Shown here: one piece after another, positions 1 to 9,091 of the stretch
Position numbering within the stretch: position 1 is the first letter of the stretch
Layout of the letters: each line of letters begins with the position of its first letter
Origin: Isorropodon fossajaponicum endosymbiont JTNG4
GTDB taxonomy: Bacteria > Pseudomonadota > Gammaproteobacteria > PS1 > Pseudothioglobaceae
Assembly: GCF_016592615.1 (NCBI RefSeq)
Contig: NZ_AP013043.1
Coordinates: 570,001 to 602,000 of the forward strand
Length of the DNA stretch: 32,000 nt
Reading direction: 5' to 3'
Position numbers and translations under genes: made by a program
Notes under the pieces: model-generated
Databases searched by the model: none
The model's input: the letters and a program-made list of their open reading frames with translations, nothing else
Told to the model about the DNA's origin: nothing

Positions 1-1124
1 TTGGCCAATGCACAACTAGTGCCATCTAATAGTGCAGACAGTATGCTAGGAACATCTTTTATGAAATCAGCCCATACTTGTGATTCTGGCTTGAATAATT
101 TGATTTTTTTAAGTTCGATTCGAATGCTTCTACTTAATAAATCGTTTCTGCTAGTAATTTCATCAATACCATTGAGTAGTATTGGTTTTTTAATTGATAT
201 AGTGAATTCATCGTTTGTAGTATGAAGTCGTCTAATAGTCTGATTGTCACCTGTAGAAATTTTGCAAAGAGCATCGCTATAATTTGAATGAATTCCTGAT
301 AAGTTATCAAAAGCTAAGACATGATTCCTAACGCCAATAACTCTCATATCTTCTGTTTTAGGCTTAGATAAGAGGTCGGCACTATTCGGGTCTATTATTT
401 CTCTTAACATTTTAGATGCAGTAGTTTTGCCACAACCTGTAGGGCCTTGGAAGATTAATATTGGGAGGGCGCCACTTCCTGCTTGCATACCCATTAACAG
501 CCACCCTACAACTAGTGGTAGATCATCCGTATTTATATTTAAGTGTTTTAATAAAAGATTAATGCCTCCATTTTTTATTTTAGGCGTGTGTAGCGGCTTC
601 ATATTTTTTGATCTAGAAAAATTAATAGGTGGATTGTTAACAACCCTCCAGCCTTTTTTGTTAATCTCAATAACTTCCCAATTTTTATTGCATATATCAA
701 TGTATATCATGTCATTAATTTGCGCAACTCTAAGATGAACCTCTTCTGTCTTGCCTTCAAAAATAGCCATACCTCTCAATGTTAGTAGCGCTGATTCATA
801 GCTTGATTTTTTTACGCCTTGTCCGTTTTTAATCCAAAATTGATGCGCTAGCCAATCATTAAATTCAGGTGAGCTAATATTCCAAATTTCAATATGACTG
901 CCTATTTTTACTTTTGCATATGCCTCCTTCTGATCATCATGAAAGAATGTGCATTTTTTCGATGCTAATTCAATAAGTAGTTCATCTTGCTTTGGTGGTT
1001 TATCATCAATATCTAGTTGATCTTTGGTATTATTACCATTAAGTTCTAATGTTGTATTGTCTGCGTTATTTCTTTGGCCAGTTTTACTCTGCACGGTATT
1101 ACTGGCTTTTTTATTATTTTCCAT
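1..1124 (-). CDS. P-loop NTPase of island replication module (primase/helicase-associated type); C-terminus runs off the window
   Basis: Absent from the supplied ORF track. The minus-strand frame from ATG at 1124-1122 stays open to base 1 (374 codons, hand translated; checked codon by codon over 1-450). Walker A FQGPTGCGKTT is encoded at 420-452 and a Walker-B-like VLAFDNLSG at 294-320. It lies directly downstream of the AlpA-like gene, as in P4/PICI-type islands. Confidence 0.75.
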   Translation of the reverse strand, partial: MENNKKASNTVQSKTGQRNNADNTTLELNGNNTKDQLDIDDKPPKQDELLIELASKKCTFFHDDQKEAYAKVKIGSHIEIWNISSPEFNDWLAHQFWIKNGQGVKKSSYESALLTLRGMAIFEGKTEEVHLRVAQINDMIYIDICNKNWEVIEINKKGWRVVNNPPINFSRSKNMKPLHTPKIKNGGINLLLKHLNINTDDLPLVVGWLLMGMQAGSGALPILIFQGPTGCGKTTASKMLREIIDPNSADLLSKPKTEDMRVIGVRNHVLAFDNLSGIHSNYSDALCKISTGDNQTIRRLHTTNDEFTISIKKPILLNGIDEITSRNDLLSRSIRIELKKIKLFKPESQVWADFIKDVPSILSALLDGTSCALA

Positions 1125-1226
1125 TTTATAAATCCTATTTTTTTGTTGAATGACTTATTGTTATTCCTTGCAACAGTGCTAATTTAATCCACTTATTGAG
1201 GCTTAGCTCTGATATTAATATCAAAC

Positions 1227-1442
1227 TCATAAGGTAGGTTTGCATTGCCCAGTGTGAACGTAAGTGTGTTTTTCTATGTATATCTCTACGTCAGACTTCT
1301 TGTAGAAAACCCGAGATCCTATTTTTGTGAAATTTATAACAACTCCAGTGCCAGTGCTACGTGCATTGTTAAGTGTTCGAGGTGAGATATTTAACTCTTT
1401 GGCTGTTTCTTTAGTTGTTAGCCATTGATCTGCTTTATCCAT
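1227..1442 (-). CDS. AlpA/excisionase-family helix-turn-helix DNA-binding protein
   Basis: 71 aa. WLTTKETAKELNISPRTLNNARSTG...FTKIGSRVFYKKSDVEIYI matches the small MerR/AlpA-type HTH pattern. Positioned between the integrase module and the P-loop gene. Confidence 0.7.
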   Translation of the reverse strand: MDKADQWLTTKETAKELNISPRTLNNARSTGTGVVINFTKIGSRVFYKKSDVEIYIEKHTYVHTGQCKPTL

Positions 1443-1621
1443 TGTGGACTCCTATATTATTAAAAAAAACTTCAATGACTTTGCCAAAGAAGGTAAATGT
1501 AATGATATTCAGAGTGGTTGGATGTGGATAGGTAGGCACAGCGTAGTATTAAGGGGCTACGCTGCTTTGTGTAGTTATTGATTGATTTTGCTATTAATGA
1601 TTGTAGAAAAAAATTATAGTA

Positions 1622-2452
1622 CTACGGTATTAATTGAGCAATAATATTATCCATCGTTTTTGTATTGCTCGGGTCTTTAATGTTTTTAAGCGGTCTTTTT
1701 GCTTTACTAGGGTCTTGTATATAATATTTTATTTGCTGATGGCAGTTGTCATTAAATATTCGCACCTGTTTAAGCTGCTTAGCCAAATAAGATAATTGAT
1801 TTCTATCTTCTATCCACTGCCACAATTCATAAAATTCACCAGAAATAGAACCAGAATCTATCAATAGTTTGTGTAATTTTTTCATTATTACTTCACTATT
1901 GGTTCTTTTTTCTAAAAAGTCAATGTGTTCAGTGAAAAAGCTATTTTCATCCGCTAACTTTATAAGGTTTTTACTTGTTATTTTTTGATTATCTCCCATA
2001 TAAGAACTCCTTCTTAGAGCTTGATACTGCTTTGTCACATAAAATATAGATTCAAGAGAGAAGGTGTCCTCAATGGGGCTATAGTTTGCATATTTAAAGT
2101 TATGAAAAGGCGGTAATACAGATTTATAAGGGTCTAGCCCTAGAAGTATAAATAAGGCTTCACCAAAGCTTAAGTTTAAGCTTACTTTTGGTTCTAACAA
2201 TTTGTAACAAGCCTCCACATTTATTTTGCTGTATTTTTGAATTCCGCACTCTGGATTAATGTTTTCTGGAATTAAATATCTTGCATCAAACTCATAATCA
2301 ATAAAATTGTCTGCCCATTCTTTAATAGAGGTTATTATGATTGCAGTAGTTGTAGGTTTAACTAGTCTAAACTCACTTAAAGTGTCAAAGATAACCTGTT
2401 TATGCTTTGGCGCATTGTTATTTGGAAATACAACATCTTTTTTAATTGACAT
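1622..2452 (-). CDS. hypothetical island protein (276 aa), no recognisable domain
   Basis: Long ORF in a very AT-rich context. Its ATG (2452-2450) overlaps the integrase stop (2444-2442) by 11 nt, which suggests co-transcription and translational coupling with int. Confidence 0.55.
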   Translation of the reverse strand: MSIKKDVVFPNNNAPKHKQVIFDTLSEFRLVKPTTTAIIITSIKEWADNFIDYEFDARYLIPENINPECGIQKYSKINVEACYKLLEPKVSLNLSFGEALFILLGLDPYKSVLPPFHNFKYANYSPIEDTFSLESIFYVTKQYQALRRSSYMGDNQKITSKNLIKLADENSFFTEHIDFLEKRTNSEVIMKKLHKLLIDSGSISGEFYELWQWIEDRNQLSYLAKQLKQVRIFNDNCHQQIKYYIQDPSKAKRPLKNIKDPSNTKTMDNIIAQLIP

Positions 2453-3662
2453 TGGCCGTCTCTAGTATGTAATCAGTAATTTTTTGCATTGGCTTTCTTA
2501 GTGTTTCAATTGATGGCTGAATGTAGTGAACTGATGTCACGTCTGTCTCTTTATGATTCATCAATCTTTTAATTGTAGAGTGTTGAATATTTAAACTGTC
2601 GGCGTAGGTTGCAAATGTTCTTCTTAGGTCGTGTAGTAAGAATTGAATACCACTATCTTCAATAACCTTCTTAACCTGTTTATTTGGGTTGACTAATGGC
2701 TTATTTGGGTTGTAACCAGGGAGCACAGCCAAGCCAAGCGTTTCACTTTTTCTGCGTTTTAATATGTCAATAATAAAGCTGGTTAGCGGAAGGGTGTGGT
2801 CCTCATGATTTTTGGTATCTTTGATATTTAACAAGTTATTGTTAAAATCAATATTGTTCCAAGTTAAGTTTATAGCCTCTCCTGGCCTTAGTCCTGTAAA
2901 TAAAAGTATTAGAATGTAGTCTCTAACTGTTTCAGAGGTGTTTTTATTAGTAACATTAGCCTTGTTATAGGGTAAGTTTAATACTGCTTCAAACCATACT
3001 TTTAAGTCATTTGGCTCAACAATATTCCTTCTGACTTTCTCTCTAAACCATGCCTTCTTATGGCTAATCTTTTGAACTGGATTGTGTCCAATGGTAGGTA
3101 TTCCGTTAGAATCTTCATACTCACCAATAGCAAAATTAAACAAAGCTCTAAGGAGTCTCATGGTAGCATTTGCACGGTAGATAGACTTTTTTCCAATCGA
3201 CCTATGCTTCTTTTCAACCATAGGTCGATTGATACTGGAAAGCTCTAGGTTTTGCCATTCAGAAAGGTAGCTGTTAAATAGTGTTTGATAGTCACGAATG
3301 GTTTTTTCTTTAATAAGGTTCTTCTTGTTGTGAGCGTAATCATTCATTGTCTCAAGTAGTGTGATGCTTTTTATTTTCTTGTCTCTTGCTTCTTTATTAG
3401 GGTCTATTCCTGCGCTAAATTGACTCAAAGCTTTCATTGCAGAGGATCTAACAAGGTCAATAGTTATATCTGGATATTGTCCTAGCTTTTTTTGGACGTA
3501 TTTTCCATCAACTCTTTTTCTAACAAAGAAAGACTTCACACCTCTAGCTGTAACCCTAAGAGAAAGCCCTATTACTTTAGAGTCGTAATACATATCTCTA
3601 CGACCTTGAGACGAATTGGGTAGGTCGTCTAGTCGTTTTTTTGTAAAGTTAAATCTATCCAT
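2442..3662 (-). CDS. int: tyrosine recombinase / phage-type integrase (P4-like, N-terminal arm-binding domain)
   Basis: 406 aa. The N-terminus (FTKKRLDDLP...YYDSKVIGLSLRVTARGVKSFFVRKRVDGK) matches the P4-type integrase arm-binding domain. The C-terminus has GLRPGE (Arg), HDLRRTFATYA (His-x-x-Arg) and SVHY (Tyr). Confidence 0.9.
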   Translation of the reverse strand: MDRFNFTKKRLDDLPNSSQGRRDMYYDSKVIGLSLRVTARGVKSFFVRKRVDGKYVQKKLGQYPDITIDLVRSSAMKALSQFSAGIDPNKEARDKKIKSITLLETMNDYAHNKKNLIKEKTIRDYQTLFNSYLSEWQNLELSSINRPMVEKKHRSIGKKSIYRANATMRLLRALFNFAIGEYEDSNGIPTIGHNPVQKISHKKAWFREKVRRNIVEPNDLKVWFEAVLNLPYNKANVTNKNTSETVRDYILILLFTGLRPGEAINLTWNNIDFNNNLLNIKDTKNHEDHTLPLTSFIIDILKRRKSETLGLAVLPGYNPNKPLVNPNKQVKKVIEDSGIQFLLHDLRRTFATYADSLNIQHSTIKRLMNHKETDVTSVHYIQPSIETLRKPMQKITDYILETANVN

Positions 3663-3683
3663 GCTATTTTATGTTGGGCGACC

Positions 3684-3800
3684 ATTGGTTAGGTAATTGT
3701 TGTGAAATAAGGTTATATCTAAACTTGCAATTAAGTTGATATAATAGCACTAAAGGTAGGCTCAGTGAACCAAAATGAAGATTGGTTACACTATTGGTTT
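3684..3800 (+). promoter_or_regulatory. three direct copies of ATTGGTT(A/T); candidate integrase arm-type binding sites
   Basis: ATTGGTTA at 3684-3691 and 3781-3788, ATTGGTTT at 3793-3800. All lie between the int start codon and the tRNA stub. Confidence 0.25.
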
Positions 3801-3822
3801 GAAAACTTTTAATCCGCTGGTC

Positions 3823-3847
3823 GAGCGTTCAAATCGCTCACGCCCCG
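3823..3847 (+). other. tRNA 3' fragment (T-arm plus 3' acceptor strand), probable island att remnant
   Basis: GAGCG-TTCAAAT-CGCTC (3823-3839) is a canonical T stem-loop. It is followed by a 7-nt acceptor strand ACGCCCC and a discriminator G. No complementary 5' acceptor (GGGGCGT), D-arm or anticodon arm occurs in the 80 nt upstream. Confidence 0.45.
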
Positions 3848-3929
3848 CCCCACCATACTTTAAAAAGGATTCCGGCGATGTGACAGTGTAATACCCCAAT
3901 TTTCCATACAACTCTAAAGTAGAGGCTAG

Positions 3930-4715
3930 TCATCTTATCACGCCACCTAGGGCAAAGTGCGGTCGTTCGTTATTATAAACCCATAACCACTGTGTGGTTG
4001 CATCTTGTGCTTGCTCAACAGAATCAAACAAATGCAGATCTAAACACTCTTGTCTTACTGTACGGTTAAATCTCTCAATGTAGGCATTTTGAGTTGGCTT
4101 ACCTGGTTGGATGTACATTAACTCAATACCTAAGGCTTGTACCCAGTCTCTTAATGCTTGGCTAATGTATTCAGGACCATTATCACATCTGATAGCCTTG
4201 GGCTTGCCACGCCACTGAATCAAACGTTCTAATGATTGAATAACTCGTCTTGCTGGCATGGACAAGTCCACATCAATATTCAAGCCTTCCCGATTGTAAT
4301 CATCGACAACATTAAAAGTTCTAATGTGCCTGCCATCAGTGAGTGAGTCTGACATAAAATCCATTGACCAAGTTTGGTTAATAGTTGTTGGCACACTCAG
4401 TGCTTCGGGTTTATCTCTTTTGATTCTTCTTCTTGGCTTGATTCTTAGATTGAGCTCCAGTTCTTGGTAAATGCGATACACTCGTTTATGGTTAAATTTG
4501 TAGTCTTTAACATTACGTAGATATAAATAGCACAGTTTAAAACCCCAACGCTTGTGCGTTGCGGTTAAGCGCAGTAGACAATCGGCAATTAAAGCATTGT
4601 CATCACTGAGTTTTGGTTGATAATAATAAGTGCTTTTACTAATGCTACAAACTTCGTAAATAAGTTTGATACTTGTGTTCTTATTTTGTTCATTGATGTT
4701 TAAAGCCATCCTCAC
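3930..4715 (-). CDS. IS3-family transposase OrfB (DDE integrase core)
   Basis: WSMDFMSD...NVVDDYNRE...IRCDNGPEYIS...PGKPTQNAYIERFNRTVRQE...YNNERPH is the retroviral-integrase-like catalytic core. It is in the same frame as orfA, separated by a single TAA. Confidence 0.85.
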   Translation of the reverse strand: MRMALNINEQNKNTSIKLIYEVCSISKSTYYYQPKLSDDNALIADCLLRLTATHKRWGFKLCYLYLRNVKDYKFNHKRVYRIYQELELNLRIKPRRRIKRDKPEALSVPTTINQTWSMDFMSDSLTDGRHIRTFNVVDDYNREGLNIDVDLSMPARRVIQSLERLIQWRGKPKAIRCDNGPEYISQALRDWVQALGIELMYIQPGKPTQNAYIERFNRTVRQECLDLHLFDSVEQAQDATTQWLWVYNNERPHFALGGVIR

Positions 4716-4743
4716 GCCACTGGGATGGCTTTAGAACTTTTTT
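4704..4743 (-). promoter_or_regulatory. IS3-type -1 frameshift signal: A_AAA_AAG heptamer plus downstream stem-loop (no longer productive)
   Basis: The minus strand reads GCA AAA AAG TTC TAA, with the heptamer at 4743-4737 in phase with orfA. The stem is AGCCATCC (4730-4723) pairing with GGATGGCT (4711-4704). The -1 frame closes at TGA 4692-4690. Confidence 0.55.
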
Positions 4744-4943
4744 GCTAAGGCATCCTTTGTAATTTGCAGTTTCAACTCACTCTCAGCATACATACGCTTG
4801 AATTGAGCATTTTCTGATTCTAGCTCTTTTAAGCGTTTAACCATAGAGACAAAATCTGTATCACCGTATTTAGATCTCCATTTGTAAAATGTGGCTTGAG
4901 ACATTGCGTATTCACGGCATAGATCAGCCACAGATATGCCTGT
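4731..4943 (-). pseudogene. IS3-family OrfA (HTH_Tnp_1 type), N-terminally truncated
   Basis: (T)GISVADLCREYAMSQATFYKWRSKYG... matches the second half of the OrfA HTH. The frame runs straight into ISb sequence and meets a stop there. Confidence 0.75.
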
Positions 4944-4975
4944 TCAATACCCCCTTGAGGGGGAAACACTAGATT

Positions 4976-5239
4976 ATGCCAAACTCATGGTGCATGAGAA
5001 TTACACCAATAAAAAAAATCATGATAATATCAGGAGCTTGCTCCTCAGCAGTTAGCAGATGGAGAAAACAATACCTAGCAGAGCTTGGTGGACAAACACC
5101 AGAGTCAGGCAAAGCGCTGACTTCTGAACAACAAACAATACAACTGCTTGAGAAACAACTTTGGCGCGCACAAAGGGACAATGAAATCTTAAAAAAGGCA
5201 ACAGCCTTGTTCGCTGTGGACAATCACCAAGTGATATGA
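4976..5239 (+). pseudogene. ISb OrfA (HTH/leucine-zipper part), lacks its native N-terminus
   Basis: SSAVSRWRKQYLAELGG...LTSEQQTIQLLEKQLWRAQRDNEILKKATALFA is a typical IS3 OrfA. The A8 tract is at 5011-5018 and the A_AAA_AAG heptamer at 5191-5197. Confidence 0.8.
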
Positions 5240-5364
5240 TTATCAAGATAAACAAGGCTTGCCAACAATACAATACTAAAGAATTATGAGCATTACTCAA
5301 ACTTCCTCGCAGTAGTTATTACTATCAAGTCAAAGATAAGCGAGTAAACAACAACACCAACGCT

Positions 5365-6094
<730 letters not shown>

Positions 6095-6170
6095 AATGTG
6101 TCCAAGTAGGTTAGAGCATTGCAACTTTTTTTACTAAAGGAGCTGCAAATCCAATAAAATATTTGAATTG

Positions 6171-7421
6171 TTAAAAGTGTAATGGCGTTAACTTACTTAT
6201 GGTTTTAATAGCATTAGTAATGACTGATAATTCATCATCAGTAATGGTAAACGGTGGCATAGTGTAAAGTAGTTTTCCGTAAGGTCTTAACCAAATACCA
6301 TTTTCAATTAAATAGTTTTGAGTTTTTTCTATATCGATTTCATCTACCAATTCTACAACACCAATAGCACCTAAAATTCGCACATCTTTGACTTGTGCGT
6401 GCTTTTGAAGAGGTAATAACTCTGTCTTTAATATTTTTTCAATATTAGCAATGTTGCTTCGCCAAGGGGAATTGAGTAATAATTCAATACTGGCATTTGC
6501 TACCGCACAAGCTAAGGGGTTAGCCATAAAAGTTGGTCCATGCATTAATGTGCCTATCACACCTGAAACATCATCGGTTGTTAGTGTGGCTGCAAGAGTC
6601 ATATAGCCACCTGTTAGTGCTTTGCCTAGACATAAGATATCAGGCTTAACATTAGCATGTTCAAGTGCAAATAATTGTCCAGTGCGACCAAAGCCAGTAG
6701 CAATCTCATCTAAGATGAACAAAACATGATATTGCTCGCAAAGTGCTTTGGCTTTAAGTAAATATTGAGGGTTGTATGTTCGCATACCACCTGCATTTTG
6801 TATAACAGGTTCTAAAATCATGACTGCAATTGAATTAGCACTTTGCTTTAATACAACCTCTAAATCTGCTAATGCCTCATCCATGAATACGATAGATGGG
6901 CTTTTAACAAAAAAGTGTTGTGGCAATACGCCTGAAAATAAGTGATGCATGCCGTTATCTGGATCGCACACGCTCATGGCGCCAAATGTATCGCCATGAT
7001 AGCCTCCCCGAATGGTAATAAATTTTTGCTTGTTAGCTTGGTGCTTATTATGCCAATATTGGAGCGCCATTTTGAGTGCAACTTCTACTGATACTGAGCC
7101 AGAATCGGTAAAAAATACCTTGGTTAAATTATCAGGCGTGATCCTCAATAACGTTTTAGTAAGCTCAATCGCAGGCTGGTGGGTTAGCCCACCAAACATC
7201 ACATGGGACATTTTCCCTAGCTGGGTTTCAATTGCTTTATTAAGTACTGGATGGTTATAACCATGAATGGCTGACCACCACGAACTCATGCCATCAATAA
7301 CGCGCTTACCACCTTCTAAAGTTAAATAAACGCCTTTGGCTGATTCAACTAAATAGGTGGGAAGCTCGTTAGGAATTTTGGCATATGGATGCCAAATATG
7401 TTGGTTATCAAATGTATTCAT
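6171..7421 (-). CDS. bioA: adenosylmethionine-8-amino-7-oxononanoate aminotransferase
   Basis: 416 aa. HIWHPY...GMSSWWSAIHGYNHPVLN...MSHVMFGGLTHQPAIEL aligns closely with E. coli BioA as I recall it. Confidence 0.9.
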   Translation of the reverse strand: MNTFDNQHIWHPYAKIPNELPTYLVESAKGVYLTLEGGKRVIDGMSSWWSAIHGYNHPVLNKAIETQLGKMSHVMFGGLTHQPAIELTKTLLRITPDNLTKVFFTDSGSVSVEVALKMALQYWHNKHQANKQKFITIRGGYHGDTFGAMSVCDPDNGMHHLFSGVLPQHFFVKSPSIVFMDEALADLEVVLKQSANSIAVMILEPVIQNAGGMRTYNPQYLLKAKALCEQYHVLFILDEIATGFGRTGQLFALEHANVKPDILCLGKALTGGYMTLAATLTTDDVSGVIGTLMHGPTFMANPLACAVANASIELLLNSPWRSNIANIEKILKTELLPLQKHAQVKDVRILGAIGVVELVDEIDIEKTQNYLIENGIWLRPYGKLLYTMPPFTITDDELSVITNAIKTISKLTPLHF

Positions 7422-7445
7422 ATGGATACATTTTACTGATACTGG

Positions 7446-8114
7446 CTATAAATAATCTTTAAGTTCAGCCATTGAATCAATCACCAAATCTGGATTGGCA
7501 TTTCGAATATCCTCGCCGTGATTGTACCCATACGACATACAAATAACTTCAAATCCAGCAGCGCGTGAGGCGGCTACATCGCTGATTGAATCACCAAGCA
7601 TTAAGCAATCTTGTGGATTGATATTAAAAAATTCAGCACTGTGTAATAGTGGCAATGGGTCTGGCTTTTTCTTTGCCAAAGTATCGCCAGAAACCACCAG
7701 CCCAAAATAATCAAAAATACCCAAATCTTTTAAAATTGGCAAAGTGAATTGCTCGGCCTTATTGGTCACACAACCTAGTATATAACCTTGTTTTTTAAAA
7801 TAATCCAGACCCTCTTTTACGCCACTATATAAACACGAACGCACAGAAGTATTAACACTATACAGCTCTAAGAAAATTGGATAGGCTTTGTCAAAATCTT
7901 GTTTATTAACGCTTGCTTCAAGCTCGCCAGTGAGTGAGCGTTCTACTAGTTTTGGAACGCCATTACCAACCCAATGACGTACCTTGGCCTCGCCCCATGG
8001 TGCTCTATTCATTGCTTTCATCAATTCATCAACACAATAGGCCAAATCTGGAACACTATCAACCAAGGTTCCGTCTACATCAATCATAATTAATTTGGGG
8101 TTAAAATTTTTCAT
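7446..8114 (-). CDS. gph: phosphoglycolate phosphatase (HAD superfamily)
   Basis: IMIDVDGTLVDSVPDL, VTNK and LMLGDSISDV are HAD motifs I-III. I prefer the ATG at 8114-8112, which has AAGGA 5 nt upstream, over the track start at 8141. Confidence 0.75.
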   Translation of the reverse strand: MKNFNPKLIMIDVDGTLVDSVPDLAYCVDELMKAMNRAPWGEAKVRHWVGNGVPKLVERSLTGELEASVNKQDFDKAYPIFLELYSVNTSVRSCLYSGVKEGLDYFKKQGYILGCVTNKAEQFTLPILKDLGIFDYFGLVVSGDTLAKKKPDPLPLLHSAEFFNINPQDCLMLGDSISDVAASRAAGFEVICMSYGYNHGEDIRNANPDLVIDSMAELKDYL

Positions 8115-8186
8115 TGTCATCCTTGTATTTTTTAACAACACTATTTTGGTAGAATATACATTATATTATTTCTTTAAACATTCGTT

Positions 8187-9014
8187 ATGCAAAACTCACT
8201 CATCGGTTTTATCGGCGCTGGCAACATGGCACATGCTATCATTTCTGGACTTATTAACAATGGTACTAAGCACAATCAAATCAAAATTAGTGACACCAAT
8301 GAGGCGTTATTATCCTTTCGAAAGGCTGAATTTAACCTTGAGGTTTTTACGGATAATGCCAAACTCGCAACACAGTGTAACGTTATTGTTCTTGCTGTTA
8401 AACCACAGGTATTATCTAGTGTTTGTAAAGACTTAAAAGACAAACTTACAACCAACACGCTCATTATATCCATTGCTGCAGGGGTTAGATTGCGTGATAT
8501 TGAACGCTGGCTAGGTGATAGCCAAGCCATTGTACGCACAATGCCCAACACACCTGCCTTGCTTAATCAAGGCATCACAGGTTTATTTGCTAATGAGCAA
8601 GTGTCAGACAAACAAAAATCTTTAGCAGAGAACATACTCAACTCTGTGGGCGAATGCTTATGGGTAGACGATGAGGACTTATTAGATGCAATCACGGCAG
8701 TTTCTGGTAGTGGTCCTGCGTATTTTTTCTTAATGCTTGAGTCAATGACTAAAGCTGGTGCGGCATTAGGGCTAGATGAGGCAGTGGCACAAAAATTAAG
8801 CATTCAAACTGCACTGGGTGCAAGCATGATGGCAAGTAGCTCTGAAGATTCACCTCAACAACTCCGCAATAAAGTCACCTCAAAAAATGGCACAACTCAA
8901 GCGGCAATTGAGTCTTTCCAAGATCAAGATTTTGAAATGATTATTGCCCATGCAATGCGTGCTGCTTTTGATAGAGCAAATGAGATAGGTATAGAACTGG
9001 GTCGTGATAAGTGA
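8187..9014 (+). CDS. proC: pyrroline-5-carboxylate reductase
   Basis: 275 aa. IGFIGAGNMA Rossmann N-terminus, VRTMPNTPA, SGSGPAYFF and KVTSKNGTTQAA motifs. Ends in TGA at 9012-9014. Confidence 0.9.
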   Translation: MQNSLIGFIGAGNMAHAIISGLINNGTKHNQIKISDTNEALLSFRKAEFNLEVFTDNAKLATQCNVIVLAVKPQVLSSVCKDLKDKLTTNTLIISIAAGVRLRDIERWLGDSQAIVRTMPNTPALLNQGITGLFANEQVSDKQKSLAENILNSVGECLWVDDEDLLDAITAVSGSGPAYFFLMLESMTKAGAALGLDEAVAQKLSIQTALGASMMASSSEDSPQQLRNKVTSKNGTTQAAIESFQDQDFEMIIAHAMRAAFDRANEIGIELGRDK

Positions 9015-9091
9015 ATCATTAAACATTAAACATTTTTCTTAAACCCTCAAAAAGTTATTTTATTTTATCAACGCTGTTACACCTATTAACT

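Larger units (their letters stand above)
3881..4940 (-). mobile_element. IS3-family element ISa, 5'-truncated (lacks left IR and start of orfA)
   Basis: orfA (HTH) plus orfB (DDE/rve) architecture. The terminal sequence TGACAGTGTAATACCCC... begins at about 3879-3881. The other end is replaced at 4940/4941 by ISb sequence. Confidence 0.8.

Noticed and set aside
1-738. Plus-strand track ORFs 1-225 and 427-738
   Set aside because: They lie antisense to a 374-codon minus-strand ORF with a clear Walker A motif. Low-complexity products and no start context. Shadow ORFs.
1539-1564. 8-bp stem hairpin (CAGCGTAG-N10-CTACGCTG) in the orf276-alpA gap as a terminator
   Set aside because: No U-run follows it on the minus (coding) strand, and only a weak CTTTGTG follows on the plus strand. 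I cannot support a terminator or regulatory call.
3811-3855. tmRNA (ssrA) 3' end as the integration target
   Set aside because: The acceptor strand ACGCCCC gives G3:C70 rather than the G3:U70 alanine identity pair. It is followed by G-CCC rather than A-CCA directly after the stem, and no tmRNA body lies upstream.
4969-5300. Antisense ORFs inside ISb (84 aa and 82 aa; repeated at 14760-15091 and 23259-23590)
   Set aside because: They are opposite the OrfA coding strand, Cys/Ser/Leu-rich, with no recognisable motif. They recur only because the IS is repeated.
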